Origin: Dehalococcoidia bacterium
GTDB lineage: Bacteria > Chloroflexota > Dehalococcoidia > Bin125
Length of the DNA: 64,000 nucleotides
Direction: 5' to 3'
Assembly (NCBI GenBank): GCA_963555985.3
Contig: OY820591.1
Span: 544,001-608,000, forward strand
A program made the position numbers and the translations under genes. Under the pieces are notes generated by a model. It saw only the letters and a program-made list of their open reading frames with translations, had not been told where the DNA came from and ran no database searches. Below are positions 8,591-17,943 of the stretch, piece after piece (within the stretch, counting starts at the first letter, position 1; every line of letters begins with the position of its first letter).

Positions 8591-10021
8591 GTGCGCCGGC
8601 GCTGGCTCTCCATCTTCGTTGTCCTTCTCAGCTGCGGCATGATCCTGGCGATCGACGCCCGTGCCCAGAACGGCGATGACGAACCGCCCCTCGTCCTCGT
8701 CATGGACATCGACGGAGCGATCGAGCCGATCACCGAGCGTTACCTCAAGCGCGTGCTGGACAAAGCCGCCTCCCGCGACGCCGATGCGGTCGTGCTCCGG
8801 ATCGACACTCCGGGCGGGCTGATTACCTCGATGCGGAATCTTGCGGAGCAGCTGCTCAACACGCCGACTCCGACCATCGCCTACGTCCATCCCGCCGGCG
8901 CGCAGGCGGCTTCGGCCGGCACGATCGTGACGATCGCCGCCCATATCGCGGCCATGGCCCCGGCGACCAACATCGGCGCGGCCGCGCCCGTCTCCGGTAG
9001 CGGTGAAGACCTGCCGCCGACCTTGCGCCAGAAGGTGGACGAGGACATCACCGCGCTGATCCGCAGCATCGCCGCCCTGCGCGGGCGCAACTATGAAGCC
9101 ATCGAAGCGACCGTGCTCGTGGCCAAGGCCTACACCGCCGACGAGGCGCTGGAACTTGATGTCGTTGACTACGTGGTCACCGATCTCGACTCGCTCCTGA
9201 CCCGGATCGACGGCACGACGATCGACACGATTGACGGCCCGCACACGCTGCGAACTGCGGGAGCGCGGGTGGACGAGATCGGGCGCTCGCTGCTTGAGCG
9301 TTTTCTCGACATCCTCACCAATCCCAATGTCACCTACGCCCTGATCCTGCTCGGCACCTACGGCGTGATCTTCGAGATTCGCGATCCGGGCAATTTCGGG
9401 CCGGGCGTGCTTGGCGTCTTGGGTTTGGTGCTCGGTTTCTCCGGGATCGGGCTGCTGCCCGTCAACCTCACCGGCGTCGCGCTGATCGTCGCCGGAATTG
9501 TGCTCCTGCTGATCGAATCGCAGCTCGACGGCTTCGGCTGGGCCGGGATCGGCGCGGTGATCTGCTGGATCTTCGCCGGGTTCCTGCTCTTCGGCGAGAT
9601 CTTCCCGGAGCCGACCGCACTTGATGATCCGCTCGAGATCTCGCGTTGGGTGCTGGTGCTCTTCGCGGCTGTCACCGCCTCCGTGATCGCGCTCTTCTGG
9701 ATTCTCGGACGCGGCGGCGGCAAGTCGGAAGGGTTCATCCCTGAACACGAGCGGCGCCTGATCGCGCAGAGCGGGATGGTCGTGGATATTCTCAATCCCA
9801 GCGGCGAAATTCTGGTCGGCGACGAACAGTGGACGGCTATGACCGAAGGCGGCGACATCCCAGTCGGATCAGCGGTCGTGGTCACCGGCGTCTATGCCGG
9901 CGACGTACTCAAGGTCGTCCGGCCTGAAGATGTTCCACCGCCGCCAGTCGCGCGTCGATGGCGAGACCGCTTGGCGCGACTCTCGCTGGCAAGTCTGCTC
10001 AGAACACGAAGGGACGAATGA
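8591..10021 (+). CDS. nfeD: Long-form NfeD membrane-bound serine protease (ClpP-like, TM and OB domains)
   Basis: 'IDTPGG', 'AASAG', 'APATNIGAAAP', TM block, C-terminal 'LNPSGEILVGDEQW'. Confidence 0.9.
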   Translation: MRRRWLSIFVVLLSCGMILAIDARAQNGDDEPPLVLVMDIDGAIEPITERYLKRVLDKAASRDADAVVLRIDTPGGLITSMRNLAEQLLNTPTPTIAYVHPAGAQAASAGTIVTIAAHIAAMAPATNIGAAAPVSGSGEDLPPTLRQKVDEDITALIRSIAALRGRNYEAIEATVLVAKAYTADEALELDVVDYVVTDLDSLLTRIDGTTIDTIDGPHTLRTAGARVDEIGRSLLERFLDILTNPNVTYALILLGTYGVIFEIRDPGNFGPGVLGVLGLVLGFSGIGLLPVNLTGVALIVAGIVLLLIESQLDGFGWAGIGAVICWIFAGFLLFGEIFPEPTALDDPLEISRWVLVLFAAVTASVIALFWILGRGGGKSEGFIPEHERRLIAQSGMVVDILNPSGEILVGDEQWTAMTEGGDIPVGSAVVVTGVYAGDVLKVVRPEDVPPPPVARRWRDRLARLSLASLLRTRRDE

Positions 10022-10022
10022 C

Positions 10023-11396
10023 ATGGGCGTGATTCAGACAGTTGGCCCCAACGAGGCGCTGGTGCGATCCGGCGGCGGCGAACAGCCGAAAGTGGTCGTC
10101 GGCGGACGCACGATCGTGCTCCCCATCTTTCATCGCTCGCAGCGGCTGCCGCTGAGCGTGATGACGCTCCATGTGAAGACCGAGAACGTCTACACGGGCG
10201 AGGGCGTCGCGGTCTCGGTGGACGGCGTGGCGCAAGTCAAGGTCGCCCGCTCCGAAGAGGCGATCCGCACCGCCGCGCAGCAGTTCCTCGGCAAGACTGA
10301 GATCGAAGTGATGGATGTTCCCCTCCAAACCCTGGAGGGTCACCAGCGCGCGATCTTGGGCACGATGACGATGGAAGACATCTATCAGGATCGGGAGAAG
10401 TTCGCCGCCCAGGTGCGCACGGTCGCTTCGCCCGACCTGGCCGGGATGGGACTGGAGATCGTCTCCTTCACGATCCGCGACATTAAGGATCCGGGCGGCT
10501 ATCTCGACGCGCTCGGTGTGCGCCGCACCGCCGAAGTCCGCCGCGACGCCACGATCGGGCAGGCCGAGGCGGAGCGCGACGCCGGGATCCGTTCCGCTCA
10601 GGCCCTGCGCGAGCAGGAGGCCGCCCGCTACGAGGCTGATACCCGCATCGCCGAGTCGGAACGCGACTACAACGTCCAGAAAGCCTCCTACGACCAGGAG
10701 GTCAACGCGCGCCGCGCCGAAGCCGAGCTCGCCGACGAACTCCAGCGCGCCAAGACGCAGCAGGAGATCCGCCGCGAAGAGGTCGAGATCGACGTCGTGG
10801 AGCGGGCCAAGCAGATCGAGCTCCAGGAGCAGGAGATCCAGCGCCGCGAGCGCGAGTTGGAAGCGACCGTGCGCAAGCCGGCTGAGGCTGAGAAGTACCG
10901 CCTCGAAACCATCGCCGAGGGCAACCGCAACGCCGTCGTCGCGCAGGCCACCGCCGACGCTGAGTCCACCCGCCGCCAGGGTGAGGCCGAAGCCGATGTG
11001 ATTCGGCTGACCGGTCAGGCCGAAGCGGAAGCGATCGAGGCCAAGGGCGCAGCCGAAGCCGCCGCCATGCAACTCAAGGCCGAAGCCTGGAAACAGTACG
11101 GCGAGGCGGCGGTCGTGCAGCAAGTGCTCGAAACCTTGCCCGCCGTCGCCGAGGCGGTCTCCAAGCCGCTCGCCCAGACCGATCGGATCGTGATGTTCGG
11201 CGGAGGCGGCGACGGCGGAGGCGGCGTCAGCAAGCTGACCAACGACATCACCCGCACCGTCGGCCAGGTGCCCGAAGTGATCGAGTCACTCACCGGCATC
11301 GACATCGTGGGCAGCATCAAGAACATCCCCGGCCTCGAAAGCTCCCGTCCGCCCCAACGGGACGAGGAAGAAAACGGCAACCCACCCGCCAACTAA
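10023..11396 (+). CDS. Flotillin-family SPFH protein
   Basis: 'VGPNEALVRSG', 'QTLEGHQRAILG', EA-rich coiled coil, 'VRKPAEAEKY'. Confidence 0.92.
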   Translation: MGVIQTVGPNEALVRSGGGEQPKVVVGGRTIVLPIFHRSQRLPLSVMTLHVKTENVYTGEGVAVSVDGVAQVKVARSEEAIRTAAQQFLGKTEIEVMDVPLQTLEGHQRAILGTMTMEDIYQDREKFAAQVRTVASPDLAGMGLEIVSFTIRDIKDPGGYLDALGVRRTAEVRRDATIGQAEAERDAGIRSAQALREQEAARYEADTRIAESERDYNVQKASYDQEVNARRAEAELADELQRAKTQQEIRREEVEIDVVERAKQIELQEQEIQRRERELEATVRKPAEAEKYRLETIAEGNRNAVVAQATADAESTRRQGEAEADVIRLTGQAEAEAIEAKGAAEAAAMQLKAEAWKQYGEAAVVQQVLETLPAVAEAVSKPLAQTDRIVMFGGGGDGGGGVSKLTNDITRTVGQVPEVIESLTGIDIVGSIKNIPGLESSRPPQRDEEENGNPPAN

Positions 11397-11418
11397 GAAA
11401 CCGCCTCCCAAACCCAAT

Positions 11419-11777
11419 CCCCTCTCCCCCCGCAGTGCGGGGGGAGAGGTCGCGGAGCGACGGAGGGGGGTCCGCCCGCCTCCCAACCCAACTGTCGCCT
11501 CTGCAACACCGCGCCGACCCCAACCCCGACACCGAACGCCCGTCCGCATATCATTGCTCCCACGCAACCCCACGCCGGCAACCAACGAAACCCGCCATGA
11601 CCGCCGCAGCCCATCTGGACAAACCTGTACAAACCTGGAATTGCGCCCCAATTCCGCTCCAAGCAGCCCCAGATCAGGCAGAATCTAGCCAAATCTGGAC
11701 AAATCCGGACTACCTGCCGTCCAATTTCCCGCCCACAGCTGCAAATTCGCCCCCCCTCGCTCGAAAATTCGCTGACC
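11419..11777 (+). repeat. ~360-bp dispersed element (GC hairpin plus 10-bp-phased repeats), copy 1
   Basis: Hairpin CCTCTCCCCCCGCAGTGCGGGGGGAGAGG; aligns along its length with the reverse complement of 19031-19391. Confidence 0.85.
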
Positions 11778-11804
11778 GACGAGACCCTGCCCTCCCAAAC
11801 GAGC

Positions 11805-13268
11805 TCAAGGCGAGTCCTTGAGCGTCTTCCAGGCGGATTCGAGCTGCGACATCTCCGCCCGTCCGGGCTCCCGGCCGCCGTAGCGGAAGGCGCTGAAGGC
11901 CTCCGAGATGCGGCCGGGGAGGGGGTCGTTGTAGGCGCGGCTGAGGGCGCCGGCGAACTGGAGCGGGGTGCGGTGGACGGCGCGGGTGGCGCCTCGGGAC
12001 TCGGCGTCGTCGAGCAGTTCGTAATACAGCGCGGCGATCGGCGCGTCGGGCGCGGTCTCGTCGCGCTCGCGCCGGAAGCGGGAACCCAGACCGCGCAGGC
12101 CCGCCATCAGATCGCCGAGCACATCGGCCTCGCTCCAGACCGACTCGCGCTCCTCGTCCCCGCTTGGCTCACGCCGCAGGAAGCGGCGGAAGAAGAGGAT
12201 CGCCAACCCTGTCAAAACCACCACCGCCGCAATCCCGCCCAGCACTCGCACGAGTACGATCCCCGCCGTCGGGTCGGGTTCGGCCTCTTCACTCTCAAGA
12301 TCCTCGGGCGGGAGCCCGATGCCCGCCTCGACCGTTTCGATCACCTCGGGCGGCTGCGTACCCAGGGCTTCCTTGATCTGTTCGACGAGCCAGAAGAGCG
12401 GCCAGAGGATGTACGAGATCGCCGTGATGATCGCGCGCAGGATCACGCCGAGCACGTCCAGCACCGGCTCCACTGCGCCGCTGCCCGCAATCAGGCCCAC
12501 GACTCCAGTGACCAGCAGCAGAAACAAGGTGATGCCGACCACCAGCGCGGCCAGCGTCGCCACGATCGAGAGTCCCGCCTGACCGATGCCCAGACCCTGC
12601 ACCTGATTGGGATTCGCCGCCTGCTTCAGCGCGATCGTGAACAGACCCACGACCACCCAAAGCAGCGCCAGCACGCGGTAGCTGTCTTCGATTCCGGCGT
12701 TGTCGATCAACGGGAAACTGACCGCCAGAACGAAGAAGCCCCAGATTGCATAGTTGGCGAAGTTGCGCTCCTCGATCTCGCTGCTGCCCAGGGCCACCCC
12801 GCGAAACCAGATCGGAATCAAGATCACGCCGGCGATCAGTTGATCGATCTGGCCAACTACTGGCAGCCCGCTCTCATCGATGCCGTCCTCGCGCCAGACG
12901 CCGCTGCTGGGCGAGCCGAGGTCAAGCAGCCAGGACATGTCCCAGATTCGCGCCGATTCGGAGAGATCGGCTGCGCCGATGATCTGGAGCGAGATCAGAG
13001 TGACCAGAATTCCACGCCAGACTCGCTGCCTGCCGCTCAGTTCAGGGTTGGCCAACCAGCGCGAGACCGCGAAACCCAAGACGAGCGTCCCGCCCACTGC
13101 CCAGACACTCAGGGTCTCTCCGTCAGCGCCGCCGCCCAACAGACGCGGAAGCAGCTTCGCCAGCAGGATCAGCAGCACCGCCTCGCCGAGCAGGAGCGAA
13201 GCGATGTAGGCCGCCTGCATTCGCCGTTGAGGAGCGGCACTGGTCAGCGGCGCCGTCAGCGCGGACAT
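11805..13268 (-). CDS. Multi-pass membrane protein with C-terminal DUF4129-like domain
   Basis: Many TM helices; C-terminal 'LYYELL...HRTPLQFA...FSAFRYG'; in the MoxR cluster. Confidence 0.75.
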   Translation of the reverse strand: MSALTAPLTSAAPQRRMQAAYIASLLLGEAVLLILLAKLLPRLLGGGADGETLSVWAVGGTLVLGFAVSRWLANPELSGRQRVWRGILVTLISLQIIGAADLSESARIWDMSWLLDLGSPSSGVWREDGIDESGLPVVGQIDQLIAGVILIPIWFRGVALGSSEIEERNFANYAIWGFFVLAVSFPLIDNAGIEDSYRVLALLWVVVGLFTIALKQAANPNQVQGLGIGQAGLSIVATLAALVVGITLFLLLVTGVVGLIAGSGAVEPVLDVLGVILRAIITAISYILWPLFWLVEQIKEALGTQPPEVIETVEAGIGLPPEDLESEEAEPDPTAGIVLVRVLGGIAAVVVLTGLAILFFRRFLRREPSGDEERESVWSEADVLGDLMAGLRGLGSRFRRERDETAPDAPIAALYYELLDDAESRGATRAVHRTPLQFAGALSRAYNDPLPGRISEAFSAFRYGGREPGRAEMSQLESAWKTLKDSP

Positions 13269-14824
13269 CAGCCGCCCCTCGGTCGCGCCCAGGGGCTGGA
13301 CGGCTGCGCCGGCGCGGCGGCCGCGCGACCGTTGCCCGCCGCCGCAGCCTCGGCTGCCCCGGCAACGCCGTTGCTCGAACCGGGATCACTCAACTCTTCC
13401 GGTTCTTCGCCGCTCACAAAGACCGGCATCTCCACATCCTCACCCGTCGCTTCCAGCCGCGGCCGGGCCTCGCCCCAGAGCCGATCCGAGCGCGCCCAGG
13501 GACCAGCCTCCCCAATCCGCTCGTAATGCAAGCCCTCCAGCGCGCGGCGGATGTCATGTACCGGCGAACCGGCGACGGTGGCAGGCGGATCGTCGATGCC
13601 GACGTAGATGATGCCGATCTCGAGTCCGTGCCGCTTGAGCCGATGGAGCGAGGCTTCGAGTCCGGGCGTAACGACGGCGGTGACGAGCGCGAGCGTGGAG
13701 CCGAAGGGGATGCGCTCCTCGGTCAGCATCCGGTCGATCCGCACCAGGGTGAAGACGTCCGCCATCGCCAACGCTTCGAGGATGCGCGTCATCTGTCCGG
13801 GCGCGCGCGAGGGCGCGACGCGGATCGCGGTGTCGTGTCCGGGCCAGGTGCAGTTAGCCAGCAGTCCGACCGGCACGCGCTGCTCGGAATAGGCGTTGGC
13901 GAGCGAGGCGGCGACGGAGACGGCGCGCTCGAAGATGTCGCCGAAGAATCCCTGCCAGGCGTGGGGCAGAGTGGAGACGTTGAGCGCCACAATTGCCACC
14001 AGATCGCTGGAGGGGTCGTAGACGCGGCTTTGCAGGCTCTGTCGGCGCGCGGTCGCTTTCCAGTCCACGCGCTTGAGCGGATCGCCGGGGCGGTAGTCGC
14101 GGATCGTCTTCAGGCGAGTTGGGTCTTCGAAGAGTTGCTGTCCGCCGCGCCGCTCGCCCTGGGGCCGCAGCTGGGGCAGGCTCAGCTGTTCCAGCGGGAT
14201 CACTTCCGGGTAGATCCAGAGCGTGTTCTCAGCCTCATCCGTGCGTTCGCGCCGATACACGCCAAGCATGTCGCCCGACTTCAGGCCGATCCGGGGCAAG
14301 TGGTAGTAGCCGCGGGTTCGCAGCGGAATCTGATAGCGCCAGGTCAGGCGCTCGTACCAGCGCAGCGCGGTGGTGCGGACGATCACACCCTCGGTCGGCT
14401 CGGCTTCGTGCTGTCTGCTGAAGGCGGCGTTGGCTGGTTCGAGGACTTCGGGCAGGTTGATTCGTACTTGCAATGCAGTCAGCGGCAGCAACTTGCGGTT
14501 CTCGATCCGCAATGCGATCTCGAGCATCTCACCGACGAAGGCGTGAGTCTGCGACAGCTTGGCGCTGGTGTAGAGGCGTTCGAGTGAGTAGCGAGTCCAG
14601 GCCCAGGCGGCCCAACCGGAGACCAGGACGGTCGCGGCAATCAGACTGACCACGATCTCGCCAACGGCGACGCCGACGACGACGATCACGACGGCAACGA
14701 ACGGCCAGATGGCGCGGATGAAGCGGTTGTTGTGCTGAAACGCAAAGATGCCACTGGTCAGCCGCTCGCGTTGGCGGTCGGCCATGTCATCGACTTGGGC
14801 TTCGAGTAGCGGTCCGCCCAGCAT
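13268..14824 (-). CDS. DUF58 domain protein (MoxR partner)
   Basis: 'IRDYRPGDPLKRVDWKATAR', 'FERAVSVAASLA'. Confidence 0.9.
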   Translation of the reverse strand: MLGGPLLEAQVDDMADRQRERLTSGIFAFQHNNRFIRAIWPFVAVVIVVVGVAVGEIVVSLIAATVLVSGWAAWAWTRYSLERLYTSAKLSQTHAFVGEMLEIALRIENRKLLPLTALQVRINLPEVLEPANAAFSRQHEAEPTEGVIVRTTALRWYERLTWRYQIPLRTRGYYHLPRIGLKSGDMLGVYRRERTDEAENTLWIYPEVIPLEQLSLPQLRPQGERRGGQQLFEDPTRLKTIRDYRPGDPLKRVDWKATARRQSLQSRVYDPSSDLVAIVALNVSTLPHAWQGFFGDIFERAVSVAASLANAYSEQRVPVGLLANCTWPGHDTAIRVAPSRAPGQMTRILEALAMADVFTLVRIDRMLTEERIPFGSTLALVTAVVTPGLEASLHRLKRHGLEIGIIYVGIDDPPATVAGSPVHDIRRALEGLHYERIGEAGPWARSDRLWGEARPRLEATGEDVEMPVFVSGEEPEELSDPGSSNGVAGAAEAAAAGNGRAAAAPAQPSSPWARPRGG

Positions 14825-14857
14825 CGCCTTCGTCTCGTTCGTTGCGCTGTGTCTGGG

Positions 14858-15790
14858 CTAGTTGACCGCCGCCTCAATCGGGACGGGAATCTTGTTCAGC
14901 ATCTGCTCCAAGAGGGAGTCAGTCGTGGACGAGCGCAGCCGCGCATCGGCTGAGAGCGTGATCCGGTGAGGCAGCACCACCCGCGCCATTTCCTGCACAT
15001 CGTCGGGCAGTACGTAGTCGCGTCCACGAATCGCGGCCAGCGCCCGCGTCGTGCGCATCAGCGCCAGCGACGCACGCGGCGACGCGCCCAACTCAAATGC
15101 AGGTTCCTGACGGGAAGCCTGCACGATCGAGACGATGTAGCCGCGCACGGTCTCTGCGACACGGACTTGTTCGACGGATTTCGTCATCGCTCGCAGTTGC
15201 TCCGATTCGACGACCGGTTCCAACTCCTCCAGCGGTTGAGCGCGCTCGAAACGTTGGAGGATCGCATCTTCTTCGGTCGCGTCCGGGTAGCCCATACGCA
15301 AACGCAGCAGGAAGCGGTCGAGTTGGGCTTCAGGCAGGGGAAAGGTGCCTTCGAGTTCGACCGGGTTCTGGGTGGCGATCACGAGGAAGGGGCGGGGCAT
15401 CGCCATCGTCTCGCCTTCAACCGTGAGTTGACGTTCCTCCATCGCTTCGAGCAACGCGGCTTGGGTGCGGGGCGAGGCGCGGTTGATCTCGTCCGCCAGC
15501 ACCAACTGCGCCAGCAGCGGACCGGCGCGGAATTCGAATTCACTCGTCTTCTGGTTGTAGATGTTGACTCCGGTCACATCGGAGGGGAGTAGATCAGGGG
15601 TGAACTGGATGCGCCGGAAGGAGCAGCCAATCGAGCGTGCGAACGACTTCGCCAGCATCGTCTTGCCCAAGCCGGGCACGTCGTCCAACAGGATGTGACC
15701 CTCCGAGAGGATCGCCGCAAGGGTGTAGTCGAGTACCTGCTCGCGGCCCACGATCACGCGGCCGACGTTGCTGCGCACCTGCTCCGCCAT
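14858..15790 (-). CDS. MoxR-family AAA+ ATPase
   Basis: 'DDVPGLGKT', 'RIQFTPDLLPSD', 'DEINR', 'ATQNPVE'; start may extend to an ATC at 15850. Confidence 0.95.
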   Translation of the reverse strand: MAEQVRSNVGRVIVGREQVLDYTLAAILSEGHILLDDVPGLGKTMLAKSFARSIGCSFRRIQFTPDLLPSDVTGVNIYNQKTSEFEFRAGPLLAQLVLADEINRASPRTQAALLEAMEERQLTVEGETMAMPRPFLVIATQNPVELEGTFPLPEAQLDRFLLRLRMGYPDATEEDAILQRFERAQPLEELEPVVESEQLRAMTKSVEQVRVAETVRGYIVSIVQASRQEPAFELGASPRASLALMRTTRALAAIRGRDYVLPDDVQEMARVVLPHRITLSADARLRSSTTDSLLEQMLNKIPVPIEAAVN

Positions 15791-16005
15791 TGCCGCCACT
15801 TCCGAGAGCGGCGGCGCGGTCTGGTACGTCCGATCTCTGAGGGTCGTGATGGCGCACCTCCCCGATGCCGAACGCGCCCAAGGCCGACTGCGGACGCGGG
15901 CGAAGCCACAGATTGCAGGCAGGCTATCAGCCGTCCGTTGATTACCCTTCCTGCGTGCAAGCAAGGCCGCGCCCCGCCGGCGCGGCGCTCAGAAGGGGAG
16001 CGGAT

Positions 16006-17271
16006 ATGCGCGCGGAAATCATCTCAATCGGCACTGAGATCCTGATGGGCGAGATCCTGGACACGAACGCCCGCTACATGGCGCAGCGTCTGCCGGCGAT
16101 GGGGATCGATCTGTACTACATGCATCAGATCGGCGATAACCAGGAGCGGCTGGTCGAACTGATCAACACGGCGCGGCGGCGGTCGGATGTGGTCTTGCTG
16201 ACGGGCGGCCTGGGGCCGACCGAAGACGACATCACGCGTGATGCGATTGCAGAGTCGGTCGATGAGCAGGCATACGTAGTGCCGCAGCTGGAACGGCATC
16301 TGCGCAATTTCTTCGAGGGTCGCGGCGGACGGATGCCGGAGCAGAACATCAAGCAGGCGACGATCATTCCGTCGGGCGAGTCGCTGCCGAATCCGCGCGG
16401 GACTGCGCCCGGCTGGTGGGTGGACAAGGGCGGGACGATCGTTGTGGCGATGCCCGGTCCGCCGGCTGAGATGACGGGCATGTGGGAGAACGAGGTCGCG
16501 CCGCGGCTCAAGCGTCGCAGCGGGAACGAAGTACTGATCTCGCGGACGCTGAAGACGACCGGTCTGGGCGAGTCGATGCTGGACGAGTTGCTGGGTGATC
16601 TGCGGCAGTCGCCGGATCCGACCGTGGGGGTCTATCACAAGTTCGACGGGGTTCACGTGCGGATGGCCTCAAAAGCGCGCTCGGAGGAGATCGCGCGTGA
16701 GCGGATTGGGCCAATGGAGGCGCAGATCCGAACGATGCTCGGCGATGCGGTCTGGGGCGCGGACGAGGACACGTTCCAGGAGGCGGTGGGCGGATTGTTG
16801 AAGGATCGGAAGCTCTCGATTGCGGTGATGGAGTCGTGCACGGGCGGTCTGCTGGCGAGCACGATTACCGATGTGCCCGGCGCGAGCAGCTATTTTCGCG
16901 GCGGTCTGGTCTCGTACACGGCGGAGGCGAAGATTCAGTACGGCGTGGATGGGGGTGTGATCGAGGAGTTTGGCGTGGTCTCGAACGAGACTGCGGCTGC
17001 GATGGCCGGGGCGGTGCGACGGCAGTTCGATTCGGATATCGGGGTGGGGATTACGGGCGTGGCGGGTCCGGAGCCGCATGGCGGACAGCCGGTTGGGGCG
17101 GTCTGTCTGGCGGTTGAGACGCCGCTGGAGAGTTACGCGACGGGCTATACCTTCGCGCAGACGCGGGCGGCGATTAAGGCACGGGCGGTGACGTCGGCGC
17201 TGACGCTGGTGCGACGGGCGGCGCTGGGGGAGTTGATGACGGGCTCGTCGGGGGTCTATCGGCGGCTGTAG
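16006..17271 (+). CDS. cinA: CinA family protein (MoCF-like domain plus NMN deamidase PncC domain)
   Basis: 'IGTEIL..DTN', 'GGLGPTEDDIT', 'GTAPG', 'ESCTGG', 'GITGVAGP'. Confidence 0.93.
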   Translation: MRAEIISIGTEILMGEILDTNARYMAQRLPAMGIDLYYMHQIGDNQERLVELINTARRRSDVVLLTGGLGPTEDDITRDAIAESVDEQAYVVPQLERHLRNFFEGRGGRMPEQNIKQATIIPSGESLPNPRGTAPGWWVDKGGTIVVAMPGPPAEMTGMWENEVAPRLKRRSGNEVLISRTLKTTGLGESMLDELLGDLRQSPDPTVGVYHKFDGVHVRMASKARSEEIARERIGPMEAQIRTMLGDAVWGADEDTFQEAVGGLLKDRKLSIAVMESCTGGLLASTITDVPGASSYFRGGLVSYTAEAKIQYGVDGGVIEEFGVVSNETAAAMAGAVRRQFDSDIGVGITGVAGPEPHGGQPVGAVCLAVETPLESYATGYTFAQTRAAIKARAVTSALTLVRRAALGELMTGSSGVYRRL

Positions 17272-17288
17272 TGGGAGGGCGTCTAGGG

Positions 17289-17783
17289 ATGACTTCGACT
17301 GCCGAACCTGCTCACGACGAGCACCCGCCGGGCGGCGAAGCGAGCCTGGAGGTCGCGGCTTGGCATCTGCAAGCGTTGCTCGCTGCGATCAGCGGCTTTG
17401 ACGGCAAGATCATGTTCCTGACGGCGCTCAATGTGGCGGGGATCAGTGCGTTGATTGGGGTGGCGGTGACATCCGATCCATCCACGTGGCTTCTTGCACT
17501 CGGACTCGGCATTTCGGGTATCTGTGTGATGCTCGGATTGAGCATGCTTTGGGCCCGGAATGTGCAGCAATTCCCAACACCAGAAGACGCGCTGCGCTTC
17601 GCCAAGGAGGTCGAGATGGGCAGGGACGATCTCGCCTGGCGACACTTCATCGCGCTACAGCAGGCTGTGAAGCAGGCCGACGAGACGCTTCGCTGGCGAA
17701 GTCTGGCCACGCGCACTCTGCTGGTTGCGACCCCGATTGCATTGTCGGTGGTGGTTGCTGCGGCACTCACTGCGGCGCGTTGA
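17289..17783 (+). CDS. Hypothetical 3-TM membrane protein
   Basis: Three hydrophobic segments; atypical codon usage; 'FDGKIMFLTALN' pattern. Confidence 0.6.
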   Translation: MTSTAEPAHDEHPPGGEASLEVAAWHLQALLAAISGFDGKIMFLTALNVAGISALIGVAVTSDPSTWLLALGLGISGICVMLGLSMLWARNVQQFPTPEDALRFAKEVEMGRDDLAWRHFIALQQAVKQADETLRWRSLATRTLLVATPIALSVVVAAALTAAR

Positions 17784-17787
17784 CCGC

Positions 17788-17928
17788 TCAGATGATCGTG
17801 CGACCCGGCTTGGGATGGGGCGGCAGCTTTGCGGCCTCTTCCTCCCATCGTCGACGCGTCTTGCTCGTTGGGCGTCCAAATAGGAACCACAGGGTTAGCT
17901 CGAATGCGTTCTTTAGCCAAGCGCTCAT
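17788..17928 (-). CDS. Putative 46-aa small protein (absent from ORF track)
   Basis: AGGAGA SD 5 nt before the ATG; MSAWLKNAFELTLWFLFGRPTSKTRRRWEEEAAKLPPHPKPGRTII; fills the gap after the MBL gene. Confidence 0.5.
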   Translation of the reverse strand: MSAWLKNAFELTLWFLFGRPTSKTRRRWEEEAAKLPPHPKPGRTII

Positions 17929-17943
17929 CTTGGTCTCCTGAGT

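Noticed and set aside
7703-9748. 681-aa minus-strand ORF
   Set aside because: Antisense to the well-supported LLM and nfeD genes
11435-11821. ORFs inside the 360-bp element (also 18981-19362)
   Set aside because: Peptide similarity between copies switches frame, so conservation is at DNA level
11805-15790. MoxR-DUF58-DUF4129 cluster as a novel system
   Set aside because: A common, already described gene arrangement
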